From: Acidobacteriota bacterium
GTDB lineage: Bacteria; Acidobacteriota; Terriglobia; Terriglobales; Acidobacteriaceae
Length of the DNA: 64,000 nt
Assembly (NCBI GenBank): GCA_046566985.1
Contig: JBKICT010000006.1
Span: 238,353-302,352 of the forward strand
Direction of reading: 5' to 3'
Under the pieces are notes generated by a model, which saw only the letters and a program-made list of their open reading frames with translations, did not search any database and was not told where the DNA came from. Positions 37,785 through 47,821 of the stretch are shown here, piece by piece (position 1 is the first letter of the stretch; each line of letters starts with the position of its first letter). A program made the translations under genes and the position numbers.

Positions 37785-38839
37785 TGGCTGCCGGCAACGG
37801 ACTCCACGTGAATGCCGCGGGGCAGGATGCGGTGCACAACGGGAGCGATGCGCTCGATCTCGTCCATCATGGTGACAAACTGCTCCGGGTAGATGGACTG
37901 GGGACCGTCGGAGAGCGCCTTGTCCGGCTGGTGATGCACTTCAACCAGCACGCCGTCCGCGCCGACGGCGACGGCGGCACGGGCCATGGGCAGCACCTTG
38001 TTGCGTTTGCCGGTGCCGTGGCTGGGGTCGACGAGGATGGGCAAATGGCTCAGGCGCTGCACGGCGGGCACGATGGAGAGGTCGAGTGTGTTGCGGGTGT
38101 GATCGGCGAAGGTGCGCACGCCGCGCTCGCAGAGGATGACCTCGTAGTTGCCCTCGCTCATGATGTATTCGGCGGCCATCAGGAATTCATCGAGGGTGGC
38201 GCTCATGCCGCGCTTGAGCAGCACCGGCTTGCGCAGGCGGCCGGCGTGCTTCAACAGGGAAAAATTCTGCATGTTGCGCGCGCCGATCTGGATGACGTCG
38301 GCCCATTCGGCGACCAGTTCGAGGGTTTCGTTATCGATGGCTTCCGTGATGATGCGCAGTCCAAAGCGATCCCGGATTTCGGCCATGATTTTGAGTGCGT
38401 CCAGGCCAAGCCCCTGAAATGCATAGGGCGAAGTGCGGGGCTTGTAGGCGCCCCCGCGGAAAAACTGGGCGCCGGCCGCAGCAACTTGTTCGGCGATGGC
38501 GAAGGCCTGTTCGCGGCTCTCGATGGAACAGGGGCCGGCGACAATTGCCAGGTCGCCGCCGCCGATGGTGGCATCCGTGCCGGGGAAGCGAATGACGGTG
38601 TTCTCTTCCTTCACGTCCCGGCTGGCAAGTTTGTAGGGCTTGGTAACGCGGATGACATCGGCAACGCCGGGAAGTTCTTCGAGATTCCCGCGCTCGACCT
38701 CACCGCTGTTGCCGGTGATGCCGATGGCGGTGCGCTGGGCCCCGGGGAGAGGATGAGCGCGGAAGCCCAACTGTTCGATATAGTCGCAGACGGCCTGGAC
38801 TTGGTCCGGCGTGGCCTGCGCCTTCATGACAACTAACAT
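37781..38839 (-). CDS. aroF: 3-deoxy-7-phosphoheptulonate (DAHP) synthase, class I-beta with N-terminal regulatory domain
   Basis: [54 protein letters not shown]. Confidence 0.96.
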   Translation of the reverse strand: MLVVMKAQATPDQVQAVCDYIEQLGFRAHPLPGAQRTAIGITGNSGEVERGNLEELPGVADVIRVTKPYKLASRDVKEENTVIRFPGTDATIGGGDLAIVAGPCSIESREQAFAIAEQVAAAGAQFFRGGAYKPRTSPYAFQGLGLDALKIMAEIRDRFGLRIITEAIDNETLELVAEWADVIQIGARNMQNFSLLKHAGRLRKPVLLKRGMSATLDEFLMAAEYIMSEGNYEVILCERGVRTFADHTRNTLDLSIVPAVQRLSHLPILVDPSHGTGKRNKVLPMARAAVAVGADGVLVEVHHQPDKALSDGPQSIYPEQFVTMMDEIERIAPVVHRILPRGIHVESVAGSQ

Positions 38840-38996
38840 GACTGGCCCTCAAAGGCTGAGTTTACCGGTTGAGGGGTATAAGAGCAATGGAAAGGGACAG
38901 AGGAACCAAGGCGGGTTCGGCGTCCGCAGCGACTGGGGCTCAAGTCCAACAGCGCAGATCTGGGTAAGAAACGCTGTTGGCCAATGACCGCCGCGC

Positions 38997-39101
38997 CTAC
39001 TCGGAGTCTTCCGTGGGCTCGCTACCGCCGCTCTTTGCGGCGACGACGGCGGGTGCAACCACCATTCCGATGAAAGCAAGGGCAATCAAAAGATCGTGCA
39101 T
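38997..39101 (-). CDS. 34-aa single-pass small membrane protein
   Basis: AAGGAG SD before the ATG; MHDLLIALAFIGMVVAPAVVAAKSGGSEPTEDSE (hydrophobic helix + acidic tail). Confidence 0.7.
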   Translation of the reverse strand: MHDLLIALAFIGMVVAPAVVAAKSGGSEPTEDSE

Positions 39102-39296
39102 CGTTCTTCTCCTTACGGGCTCCGGAGAGCCTGGGGGCAGGCTTGGGCCCGACCACACTTGCATCATGGCGGGAAAGCGGCGCGGAAAAAATCCCACAAA
39201 GACAGAACCTCGGCAACAGGGGTGGGAGCGTTCATAGCACGAAGGTGGTAGGGGGCACAGGGATTGCTGTGTCCGGTACTATATCCTCAACCCTGA

Positions 39297-40136
39297 ATGA
39301 AACGTGTTATTACCGCGCTCGTGCTGCTTCCCATCGTCCTGGTGCTGGTGTTTTTGCCGCCGGGGTGGCAGGCGCTTTTTACCGCCGCCGCAGCGATTGT
39401 TGCGGCCATGGCGGGGTGGGAGTACATGGGCTTGGCCCAGCAGACCGGCGCCCGTCCGCCGCGCGCTGCCGTCTTTCTCGCCATCCTGCTGCTGTTTGCG
39501 GCATGGTTTAAGTGGCAGGACCCGGAGCAGTTTCTGCCCGCCTACGGGATTCTGTGCCTGGCCCTGCTGCTCTACTGCACGTTCGCCAGCCCGGTGGAGC
39601 GCGTCCTGGCCGACGCGACCAATTCGATCTTCTGCCTCTTTTATTGCGGGGTTACGCTGATCGCGCTGCCGGCGCTGCGCCTGCAGCCCAACGGGCCAGC
39701 GCTGGTGCTGTTCCTGCTTTGTACGGTTTGGGCGGGAGACATCGCCGCCATGTATGCCGGGAAGGCATTCGGACGCCACAAGCTGGCTCCCTCCATCAGC
39801 CCGAACAAATCTTGGGAGGGCTCCATTGCGTCACTGGCTGGAAGCGTGATCGTCGCTGCCGGCCTGCTAGAGTTGGCAGATCTATTTGCGCATTGGAACT
39901 ACGCCGCGCTGTCGTACTCAGAAGACCCCTGGGGTTATTGGCTGGCGATGGCGGTGCTGATCAATGTGGCGGCGCAAGTGGGCGACCTGGCGGAGTCGGC
40001 GCTGAAGCGGTCGGCGGGGGTGAAGGACTCGGGAACGATTCTTCCCGGACACGGCGGTCTGCTCGACCGCATTGATGCGCTTCTGCTGGCCGCGCCGGCG
40101 CTATGGTACGCGCAGTTGATCCATCACCGGTTCTGA
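39297..40136 (+). CDS. cdsA: Phosphatidate cytidylyltransferase
   Basis: WAGDIAAMYAGKAFG.HKLAP.ISPNKSWEG; GDL.ES.LKR..GVKDSG..LPGHGG.LDRID. Confidence 0.96.
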   Translation: MKRVITALVLLPIVLVLVFLPPGWQALFTAAAAIVAAMAGWEYMGLAQQTGARPPRAAVFLAILLLFAAWFKWQDPEQFLPAYGILCLALLLYCTFASPVERVLADATNSIFCLFYCGVTLIALPALRLQPNGPALVLFLLCTVWAGDIAAMYAGKAFGRHKLAPSISPNKSWEGSIASLAGSVIVAAGLLELADLFAHWNYAALSYSEDPWGYWLAMAVLINVAAQVGDLAESALKRSAGVKDSGTILPGHGGLLDRIDALLLAAPALWYAQLIHHRF

Positions 40137-41878
40137 TCTAAGGGTGGAGCATCCGTTGACGGAGCATCCGCAAGCCCCTGCGGCCTGATTGCATCGTTCT
40201 GGCGTTCGGCCGCGGCAAACGGCAAGAAGATGGAAAATGCAGTTCCGCGGTGCGCGGGCGATCGGCTGGAGCGCAGGCGGATTGTGCCGCGATGGCGGGC
40301 AATGATCTCCTTGCTCACCCACAGACCGAGACCCGTGCCCGTTGTGCCCTTGGTGGTGAAGAAGGGCTGGAAGAGTCGCCTGATCGCGTCATTGTCAATT
40401 CCGTCGCCCGTGTCCGCAATGGTGAAGACCACTCCCGTTTCGCCGGTACTCCAGTTCGTCCCTTCGCGGGTCCGGACGAAAAGGGTTCCGGGGCTCGAAC
40501 TCATTGCATCTAAAGCGTTTGCTATGAGATTCGCAAGCACCTGCCGGACTTCCCCATCGAAGCAGCGGAGGGGACGATTCGCGCGTAGCCGTGTGGCGAC
40601 CTGGGCACCCGAGTTATGCAGCCGGCCGAGGTAGATGTTGAGAATCTCTTTTACCAGCGCGGCTGTATCAACTTCCTGCGGACTGCTGGACTGCCGATGG
40701 AACCGGAGCGTTTGAGCGGTAATCGCCGAGGCCCGGCGAAGTTCGACTTCCGCGGTGTCCAGAAGCGGACGGACCTGTTCTAGCGTGCTGCTGCACTGAG
40801 CCAGATACAGCAGGTTGGTGACGGCTTCAAGCGGGTTGTTGATCTCGTGCGCGATGGAAGCGGCGAGACGCCCCACTGCGGCGAGCTTTTCGCTCTGGAT
40901 CAGCGCATGTTCAGCCTTTTTCTGCTGCGTGATCTCCTGGGATGCGGCCGTGATGCCCTGGATTGTGCCGTCCGGTCCATAGACGGGGAAGTAGCTGACG
41001 CTCCAGTAGCGATATTCAGTCGGATCGGTGACGAGCGTGCCTTCGAGCGGGTAGTTGATGACCGGCTCCCCGCGCGCGACCTGGTCGAATAATTCCCGCA
41101 GTCCGGGGATGGGTGCCATCTCCGTGAGTGTTCGCCCTACGATCTGCTCGGGCTTGAGGCCGAAGAATGCAGCCTGGCGATCATTCAGGCGGAGGTAGTG
41201 GTAGTCATCGAGATCGAAGTACGCGAGCCCGATCGGCGCGGTGTCGTAGATGGTCTTAAGCTCAGCGTGGCGGCGCTCGCTCTCTTCTAACTGCTGGCGA
41301 AACTCTTCGCGATCGTTTTCCAGCGCGCGCAGAACCCTTCCGCGCTCGATGGACTCCCAACAACGTGCGGTGACGGAGGCGACGAGTGCGACTTCATGAG
41401 GCTGCCAGGCGCGCGGCTGCATGGAGTGAACCACGAAGATCGCAGTCAGCCGGTTTTCCTTCATCAGCGGATAGGCGATAGCCGCGCGGATGGCGGCGGC
41501 GTGGAAATATCCGATCCCCTCGGCGCACCGCGGATCGCTCTCCACATCCTCAATGATGAAGGGATGACCGGCAATGAGCGAATCGTATGCCGCGTGGGAA
41601 AACTGACGCAGCGCATAGCTGCCCACCATCGCCGGAGGTCCGTTTACAAAATCTCCGATGATGAGCACGCTGTCCTGATCGGAATCCACTTCAGCGTAGG
41701 CGCAGCGATTCACGCCCAGATAAGCAGCAAGGAGACGCGCGGCGTTGTAGGTGATCTCAGCCGGATCGGTGGCGGTGCGGGTACCCGCGTCGATCTGCAT
41801 CAACAGGTTCTCGCGCTCCCGGAGCAACTCGAGTTCGCGGAGCAATGCTGTGATCTGGTCCTGCTGATCTGTCGGCAT
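40124..41878 (-). CDS. GAF-PAS sensor histidine kinase (cytoplasmic, orphan)
   Basis: H-box IAHEINNPL, N-box QVLANLIANA, G1 IADTG.GI, F-box FQPFFTTK, G2 GTGLGL; GAF then PAS; no TM helix. Confidence 0.92.
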   Translation of the reverse strand: MPTDQQDQITALLRELELLRERENLLMQIDAGTRTATDPAEITYNAARLLAAYLGVNRCAYAEVDSDQDSVLIIGDFVNGPPAMVGSYALRQFSHAAYDSLIAGHPFIIEDVESDPRCAEGIGYFHAAAIRAAIAYPLMKENRLTAIFVVHSMQPRAWQPHEVALVASVTARCWESIERGRVLRALENDREEFRQQLEESERRHAELKTIYDTAPIGLAYFDLDDYHYLRLNDRQAAFFGLKPEQIVGRTLTEMAPIPGLRELFDQVARGEPVINYPLEGTLVTDPTEYRYWSVSYFPVYGPDGTIQGITAASQEITQQKKAEHALIQSEKLAAVGRLAASIAHEINNPLEAVTNLLYLAQCSSTLEQVRPLLDTAEVELRRASAITAQTLRFHRQSSSPQEVDTAALVKEILNIYLGRLHNSGAQVATRLRANRPLRCFDGEVRQVLANLIANALDAMSSSPGTLFVRTREGTNWSTGETGVVFTIADTGDGIDNDAIRRLFQPFFTTKGTTGTGLGLWVSKEIIARHRGTIRLRSSRSPAHRGTAFSIFLPFAAAERQNDAIRPQGLADAPSTDAPPLDQNR

Positions 41879-42120
41879 GCGGTGAAGGAGCGGATATGGG
41901 AGTCGGGAAGCGAATCACCAACCGCGGTCCAATTGTGTATCAATCTTATTCCACAAGCGCTTCTTCTGGGGCGCGATTCGACTTGAAGAAGAACGTCACC
42001 GTGCCGACTGCCGGAAATAGCAGGCCTCTTTTGTTCACTGCACGACAAACCAGATTGCAGGTCCGGCAACTCGCCCGGTTTGGCCTGCGGGCCCCGCTGC
42101 CGCTGCACCGAACCGTTATC

Positions 42121-43320
42121 ATGAATCAGGCATCCATCCTGACGGCGCACCACGAAGAACACACCTTGAAACGACTCGCAATCCTCGGTTCCACCGGCTC
42201 CATCGGGCAGAGCACGCTCTCCATCGTCGAGCAGTTTCCTGACCGCTACTCCGTAGCCACGCTCGCCGCCGGGCACAACGTTGATGAAGCTTTTGCGCAG
42301 ACCATGCGCTGGCGGCCCAGGGTCGTCTCCCTGGCAACCGCGGAACTTGCCGGGCGGCTCAAGCAGAGGCTGGGCGAAAACGCCGTCTCCGGAATCGAAG
42401 TGGTTCACGGAAGCGAAGGAACGGTCGCCTGCTCCACGCATCCTGACGCCGATTTCGTGGTTTCGGCCATCGTCGGCGTCGCGGGCCTGGAAGCCACGCA
42501 TGCGGCCATCCTTGCCGGCAAGCCTGTGGGCTTGGCCAACAAGGAGTGCATGGTGGCGGCAGGCGAGATCCTGACGGCGGCGGCGCGCGAACGCACTGTG
42601 CCCATCCTGCCCATCGACAGCGAGCACAACGCGGTGCACCAGTGCATGCGGGTGGGCGCGCACAGCGAAGTCAAATTCATTTGGCTAACAGCCTCAGGCG
42701 GCCCGTTCCGGCAGACGCCGCTCGACCGCTTCCCCGGCATCACCCCGGAGCAGGCGCTCAAGCACCCCACCTGGGTCATGGGCCGGCGCATCACCATCGA
42801 CTCGGCAACCATGCTCAACAAAGGGCTGGAGGTGATCGAGGCCTGCCGGCTATTCGACGTGCCGCCGAGCAAGGTCCGGGTTACCGTGCATCCGCAGTCC
42901 ACGGTGCACTCGCTGGTGGAGTACGTGGACGGCTCCATTCTGGCGCAGATCTCTGTCACGGACATGCGGCTGCCGATTCTGTATGCGCTGGCCTACCCGG
43001 AACGTCCGGCGTCGAATCTGACGTTCGATCTGGCGGCCTTGCGGCATCTCGATTTTGAGGAGCCGGATTTCCAGCGGTTCCCGTGTTTGCGGCTGGCTTT
43101 TGAGGCTGCCGAAAAAGGCGGGGCGCACTGTATTGCGCTCAATGCCGCCGACGAGGTTGCCGTGGAGGCCTTCCTCGACCGGCGCATACCATTCACCGGG
43201 ATAGCGGATACAATTGAAAAGGTGCTCGCTTCCACTCCGGAGTCGCATCCAGCGACCATTGCCGAAGTGCTCGCCGCGGACCGCCATGCGCGTGAAAGCG
43301 CTCGCGCGCTCGTGAGTTAG
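42121..43320 (+). CDS. dxr: 1-deoxy-D-xylulose-5-phosphate reductoisomerase
   Basis: ILGSTGSIG, LANKE, PIDSEH, TASGGPF, HPTW.MG.RITIDSATMLNKGLE. Start may be the TTG ~45 nt downstream. Confidence 0.97.
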   Translation: MNQASILTAHHEEHTLKRLAILGSTGSIGQSTLSIVEQFPDRYSVATLAAGHNVDEAFAQTMRWRPRVVSLATAELAGRLKQRLGENAVSGIEVVHGSEGTVACSTHPDADFVVSAIVGVAGLEATHAAILAGKPVGLANKECMVAAGEILTAAARERTVPILPIDSEHNAVHQCMRVGAHSEVKFIWLTASGGPFRQTPLDRFPGITPEQALKHPTWVMGRRITIDSATMLNKGLEVIEACRLFDVPPSKVRVTVHPQSTVHSLVEYVDGSILAQISVTDMRLPILYALAYPERPASNLTFDLAALRHLDFEEPDFQRFPCLRLAFEAAEKGGAHCIALNAADEVAVEAFLDRRIPFTGIADTIEKVLASTPESHPATIAEVLAADRHARESARALVS

Positions 43321-43360
43321 CCGGGGCGGCTGCGGCGCCCAAGGATTATTCGAATCATCT

Positions 43361-44785
43361 ATGCAAAGTCTTCATGATGTCGTGGTCGCGATTGTCGCCT
43401 TTGTCATCCTCATTGGCGTCATGGTGGTGGTCCACGAACTCGGCCATTTCATCGTGGCCAAACTGTGCGGTGTGCGCGTCGAAGCGTTTTCAGTCGGTTT
43501 TGGGCCCCGGCTGTTCGGCCTCAAATACGGCGAAACCGACTACAAGGTCTGTGCCCTCCCCCTGGGCGGCTACGTAAAGATGACCGGCGAGACGCCGGAT
43601 CAGCTCCAGGAAGGCGATGACGCGGAAGCGGCGGCCCAGCGAGCCGCCGATGATCCGGGATCGTTCCTGAACCATCCGCGATGGCAGCGCATGCTGATCG
43701 GCGTGGCGGGACCAGTGGCCAACTTCATCCTGGCCTTCGTCTTGATGCTCGTCTACTACCAGTTCATCAACGAAGTTCCGAAAGCAGTGGTGAAGTCCAC
43801 GACCGTGGAATGGGTCATTCCCGGCTCGGACGCGGCGAAGGCCGGCATGGAGCCCGGCGACGTGATCAAGAGTTTTGATGGCGTGCAGAATCCCGACTGG
43901 ATGCAAGTGGGCAACCGCGCGCAGATGAACCTGAACCAGAACGTTTCGGTCACCGTGGAGCGCGGCGGACGGGACGTGCGGCTTTCCCTGCACATTCCCA
44001 AGCTTACGAAGGGCGACGACGAGGTCGACTTCAGCGACGCCGGCATCCTGCCGCAGTACACGCCCAACCCGATCGGTGTTCACGACGTGCAGGCGGGCAC
44101 GCCTGCGGCGAAGGCGGGGCTGCAGGCGGGCGACCAGATCGAGACCGTCGACGGCCATGCCTTCCACTTCGTTTCCACGCTGCTCGCCTACATGCAGGCG
44201 TACCCCGGCAAGGAGCTTACGCTGGGCATTCTGCGCAACGGCCAGCATCTGACCCTGCGCGCCACGCCGATCAAGATGATCTCCGGGCGCGGAAAAGGCC
44301 AGTCGGGCGTCTCCGGCTGGAAGCTGGGATTTGAGGCCGAAGGCACGCCGCTGCGCAACGATCCCCTGCCCTTCTCCAAGGCAGCCGCCCAGGCGAATGA
44401 ATTCTGTGTCGATAATTCGACGCTGATCGTGGAAGTGCTTGGCCGTCTCTTCGAACGCAAGGTCGCCGTTTCGCAACTATCGGGCCCCGTAGGTATCGCG
44501 CGCATGGCCGGAGAGGCGGCGCAGATGAACGGCTGGCTGCCCAAGTTCGGCTTGGCGGCGGCCATCAGCATCAACCTGGGCATCCTGAACCTGATGCCCT
44601 TCCCCATCCTCGACGGCGGCCTCATCCTGCTGCTCATCATTGAAAGCATCCTGCGCCACGACATCAGCATTGTGGTCAAGGAACGCATCTATCAGGCGGC
44701 ATTTGTGGTGCTGGTGGTGTTCTTCGCCTTCATCATCTTCAACGACGTGACCAAGCTGCCGATCTTCAACCACGTCAAGCCGTAG
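43361..44785 (+). CDS. rseP: RIP metalloprotease RseP
   Basis: HELGH, PLGGYVKM, AGPVANF, two PDZ domains, NLMPFPILDGG. Confidence 0.96.
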   Translation: MQSLHDVVVAIVAFVILIGVMVVVHELGHFIVAKLCGVRVEAFSVGFGPRLFGLKYGETDYKVCALPLGGYVKMTGETPDQLQEGDDAEAAAQRAADDPGSFLNHPRWQRMLIGVAGPVANFILAFVLMLVYYQFINEVPKAVVKSTTVEWVIPGSDAAKAGMEPGDVIKSFDGVQNPDWMQVGNRAQMNLNQNVSVTVERGGRDVRLSLHIPKLTKGDDEVDFSDAGILPQYTPNPIGVHDVQAGTPAAKAGLQAGDQIETVDGHAFHFVSTLLAYMQAYPGKELTLGILRNGQHLTLRATPIKMISGRGKGQSGVSGWKLGFEAEGTPLRNDPLPFSKAAAQANEFCVDNSTLIVEVLGRLFERKVAVSQLSGPVGIARMAGEAAQMNGWLPKFGLAAAISINLGILNLMPFPILDGGLILLLIIESILRHDISIVVKERIYQAAFVVLVVFFAFIIFNDVTKLPIFNHVKP

Positions 44786-44848
44786 TGGCGGATCAGGGAT
44801 TGGCCGACGGCCAACCCGGATGGGCTAAGGAGACTAGGAAAGAACGCA

Positions 44849-45268
44849 ATGGCCGTGACTACCTCTGTGCGCGTGCGCTACGCCGAAACCGACCAGATGG
44901 GGGTGGTGTACTACGCTAACTACCTGGTGTGGTTCGAGCTTGGCCGCGTGGAACTGCTCCGCTCCCTGGGCCTCGCCTACAGCAATATGGAGAAGGACCA
45001 CGGCCTGGTGCTGCCGGTGATCGAGTCCAATTGCCGCTACCGGGCGCCGGCAAAATACGACGACGAGATCCTGATTGAGACGCAGCCGTCGCTGGTTCGC
45101 GGCTCAGTAATCAAATTCTCCTACCGCATCCTGCGCAAGAACATCGGAGCCGATCCGCACCTTCTGGCCGAAGGCGAGACCGTCCACGTGGTCTGTGACG
45201 AGCACTTCAAGCGCACTCACCTGCCGGAACAGTACGCCGTTGCCCTGCGATCACTGATGCCTGCCTGA
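44849..45268 (+). CDS. Acyl-CoA thioesterase (YbgC/FadM hot-dog fold)
   Basis: VRYAETDQMGVVYYANYLVWFELGR. Confidence 0.9.
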   Translation: MAVTTSVRVRYAETDQMGVVYYANYLVWFELGRVELLRSLGLAYSNMEKDHGLVLPVIESNCRYRAPAKYDDEILIETQPSLVRGSVIKFSYRILRKNIGADPHLLAEGETVHVVCDEHFKRTHLPEQYAVALRSLMPA

Positions 45269-45343
45269 AGCGCCGATCCGGGCCACCCAAACCCGCGTGA
45301 CGCCCGTCGCATCCTGTATCCGCCGCCCCGGTAGAATAGGGGT

Positions 45344-46012
45344 ATGGCGTTCGAAAGCGTAACCAAAGTCGCCGAGGCCGATTTTCCCACGCGCTGGGGC
45401 CGATTCCGCATCTTCGGCTTCCAGGGCGTGCTCCCGTCGCTCAAACCCGGATGCGATCCCGCTGAAACCGGGGGCAAACGCGTCGAGGATCTGGTTGCAC
45501 TGGTCATGGGCGACATTCACTCCGCCCCGCCGCTGGTCCGTATCCACTCCCAATGCCTTACCGGGGATGTGTTTCACTCGCTGCGCTGCGATTGCCGCCT
45601 GCAACTGGAACTGGCGCTGAGCAAGATCGTCGAGGGCGGCGCAGGGATCCTGCTCTACGAGCAGCAGGAGGGCCGCGGCATTGGCCTGATGGCTAAGCTC
45701 AAGGCATACGAACTGCAGGACCACGGCCGGGATACTGTGGAAGCGAACGTGGAGCTTGGGTTTGCACCGGACTGCCGGGGTTACGAGCTTCCAGCGGAGG
45801 TGCTCAAGCTTCTGGGCGTTCGTGCCGTGCGTTTGATGACGAACAATCCGGAGAAGGTGGCCGCGCTCCAGGCCGCCGGCATCACCGTCACCGAACGCGT
45901 CTCCGCCGAAGTAGAGCCACACGACACCTTCGAGCGCTACCTGCGCACCAAGCACGAGAAGATGGGGCACATCCTGGACACGCTGGTGAGCGAGCAGAGC
46001 GTCAGCGATTAA
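45344..46012 (+). CDS. ribA: GTP cyclohydrolase II
   Basis: RIHSQCLTGDVF.SLRCDC..QL, QEGRGIGL..K..AY, MTNNP.K, YL.TK..KMGH. Confidence 0.96.
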   Translation: MAFESVTKVAEADFPTRWGRFRIFGFQGVLPSLKPGCDPAETGGKRVEDLVALVMGDIHSAPPLVRIHSQCLTGDVFHSLRCDCRLQLELALSKIVEGGAGILLYEQQEGRGIGLMAKLKAYELQDHGRDTVEANVELGFAPDCRGYELPAEVLKLLGVRAVRLMTNNPEKVAALQAAGITVTERVSAEVEPHDTFERYLRTKHEKMGHILDTLVSEQSVSD

Positions 46013-46025
46013 TGTGCAGCGGAAC

Positions 46026-46334
46026 TCAGGCGACGTGCCGTATCGGCGCTGGTCGGCGCTCCGGCCAGTAGTCCGTATCGTCTGACTTCAATCCGAGTTC
46101 AGCGAGTACCTTGGGATCGACACCCTGCCCCTGGCAGGGTAGTTTCTCCGCGGCGGCCGCGTCGCGCTCTCGTTCCGGAAAGATGTCATCGTTGAATGCC
46201 GCCGGCCGGGGGACTGCCTGTTCCGCCTGTGCCATGGTTTGCAGCATGCAAATCGCAACCGCCAGATGATCGGGGTTAATGCGGTCGACTAGATCGTGGG
46301 CCTGCTGCCGTGGGGGGAGAGAGGACTGCAGCAT
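46026..46334 (-). CDS. Hypothetical protein, antitoxin-like
   Basis: RQQAHDLVDR..PDHL....ML....NDD...E.E.....V.AELG pattern recalls small acidic antitoxin-like proteins; no toxin adjacent. Confidence 0.45.
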   Translation of the reverse strand: MLQSSLPPRQQAHDLVDRINPDHLAVAICMLQTMAQAEQAVPRPAAFNDDIFPERERDAAAAEKLPCQGQGVDPKVLAELGLKSDDTDYWPERRPAPIRHVA

Positions 46335-46396
46335 ATATATACCCTCAGACGCATGGTGCGCTCAACGCTCCGTGACGTCAAGAGGAGAGGGCAATC

Positions 46397-46930
46397 CTAT
46401 TTCCTCTGAGCTAACAGCCCGAGTACCGGCAGCGCAATGCACAGGACGTAAGGCACGCCGAGAGCCCAGTTCATCCACCGTTTAGCGGGATTCCGCGCCC
46501 AGGAAAAAAGCAGAATTGAGAGCAGCAGGGCCTGTGGGACGATTTCCAAATACCCGCGCAATTGCATGCGTACCGGAACGGTGGTGTAGATGAAGCCCTC
46601 CAGCGAGCCCGGCGGCGCGGCGAAGGTGCCAAGGATGCCGACGCCGATCAGGATCCATGCAATCAGCAGCCATCCGTGTTTGCGCGCGAACAGGATCTCG
46701 CGAAAGGGATAGAGCACCGACGCAAAGAGAACGCCGCGGAAGACCTGCAGCGCCGGGCCGAACAGGACCCAGGCGCTGGTGGTCGGGCGCATGCCTGAGT
46801 TCGGATTGTTGAGGATGTCGGCGTAATGCAAAAAGTGATAGGCCAGCGCTCCCATCACGAAATAGGTGATGGTGTGGCAGACAACTGTCTTCCCCGCCAA
46901 AGAAGGAAAGCGGGGCTGCGCTTCTTGCAT
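46397..46930 (-). CDS. Hypothetical multi-pass membrane protein
   Basis: About five hydrophobic helices; no family recognised. Confidence 0.7.
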   Translation of the reverse strand: MQEAQPRFPSLAGKTVVCHTITYFVMGALAYHFLHYADILNNPNSGMRPTTSAWVLFGPALQVFRGVLFASVLYPFREILFARKHGWLLIAWILIGVGILGTFAAPPGSLEGFIYTTVPVRMQLRGYLEIVPQALLLSILLFSWARNPAKRWMNWALGVPYVLCIALPVLGLLAQRK

Positions 46931-47015
46931 GGCAATCCCTCACAGCTAGAAGTGGCCTAAAGCTGGCGGAATTGTAACGCGGTTCCGGCGACGAAGGCTG
47001 TGATGGACATGGGGC

Positions 47016-47540
47016 TCACCCCCGCAGCGCCTTGATCACCTTGGCTGTAGTCACGACCTGGCCTACGTGGCGCTGGGTGTGATCGGCCACGTGAATCAGC
47101 GCACCGCCCAGGCTGGTGGGTAACTGCTTGCGGCCCACGCTGCGCGGAACGCTAAGGTCCGCCGTCGCCAGAGCTCGTACTCGCCTTGCCGCGCGCGCCA
47201 GCGATTCCCTCACCCTGACGAGGAGTTCGACTGAGGTCTCCGCGCCGGCGCCTTCGGCCTTCATTGCCGCAAGCTGATCGGCGCTCAACTGGTTCCCTTC
47301 GGCGTAGGTAAGAATGCGATCAATCGATCCGGCGATGTGGCGAAACTGCTGGGCGATGGACGTAAGCCCCAATGGCTGTGCGTGCATCTCCCCATCGCTT
47401 AGGCCTTCGGTCCACTTCTCCAGATCGTCCTGCGCAAGCTCAAGCGCGTGCAAAACGGCGCGGCCCGCGGCAGGAACGTCGTCGTGTGTTCCGCGGAGCC
47501 AGGGTTCGGTGTGGGGCGTTTGAGAAGCAGGGATGCTCAT
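47016..47540 (-). CDS. DinB family protein
   Basis: EPWLRG N-terminus; metal-ligand pattern FRHIAG...LIHVADHTQRH.GQ. Confidence 0.85.
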   Translation of the reverse strand: MSIPASQTPHTEPWLRGTHDDVPAAGRAVLHALELAQDDLEKWTEGLSDGEMHAQPLGLTSIAQQFRHIAGSIDRILTYAEGNQLSADQLAAMKAEGAGAETSVELLVRVRESLARAARRVRALATADLSVPRSVGRKQLPTSLGGALIHVADHTQRHVGQVVTTAKVIKALRG

Positions 47541-47552
47541 CCAGGACATCTC

Positions 47553-47801
47553 CTATTCGCCGCGCGCGACGAATCGCAGGTCTTCGTAATCGTTCAACTT
47601 GTCCACGGGGACGAACGTGGGGCCGTCTGCGCCGTCCTCGTGCACCATGACGCCGCCTCCGTACTCGCGCACGAACCAGCAGTGCTCGGCATCGCTTGTC
47701 TCGGCGGCGCAGAACTCGATGCGCGCCGGGCGTCCATGGAAACGAACGCGGTCGCCGTTGCGCATCTCTTCACCGGAAACATATCGCAAGGGTTCAGGCA
47801 T
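47553..47801 (-). CDS. Small hypothetical protein (82 aa)
   Basis: GGAGG upstream; SH3/KOW-like GDRVRFHG..ARIEF; tight spacing within the operon. Confidence 0.6.
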   Translation of the reverse strand: MPEPLRYVSGEEMRNGDRVRFHGRPARIEFCAAETSDAEHCWFVREYGGGVMVHEDGADGPTFVPVDKLNDYEDLRFVARGE

Positions 47802-47821
47802 AGCACCCTCCCTGCGCTCTT

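Noticed and set aside
38997-39101. Attenuator leader peptide for aroF
   Set aside because: One Phe and no Tyr/Trp run; no terminator/antiterminator with a U-tract. Looks like a membrane peptide instead.
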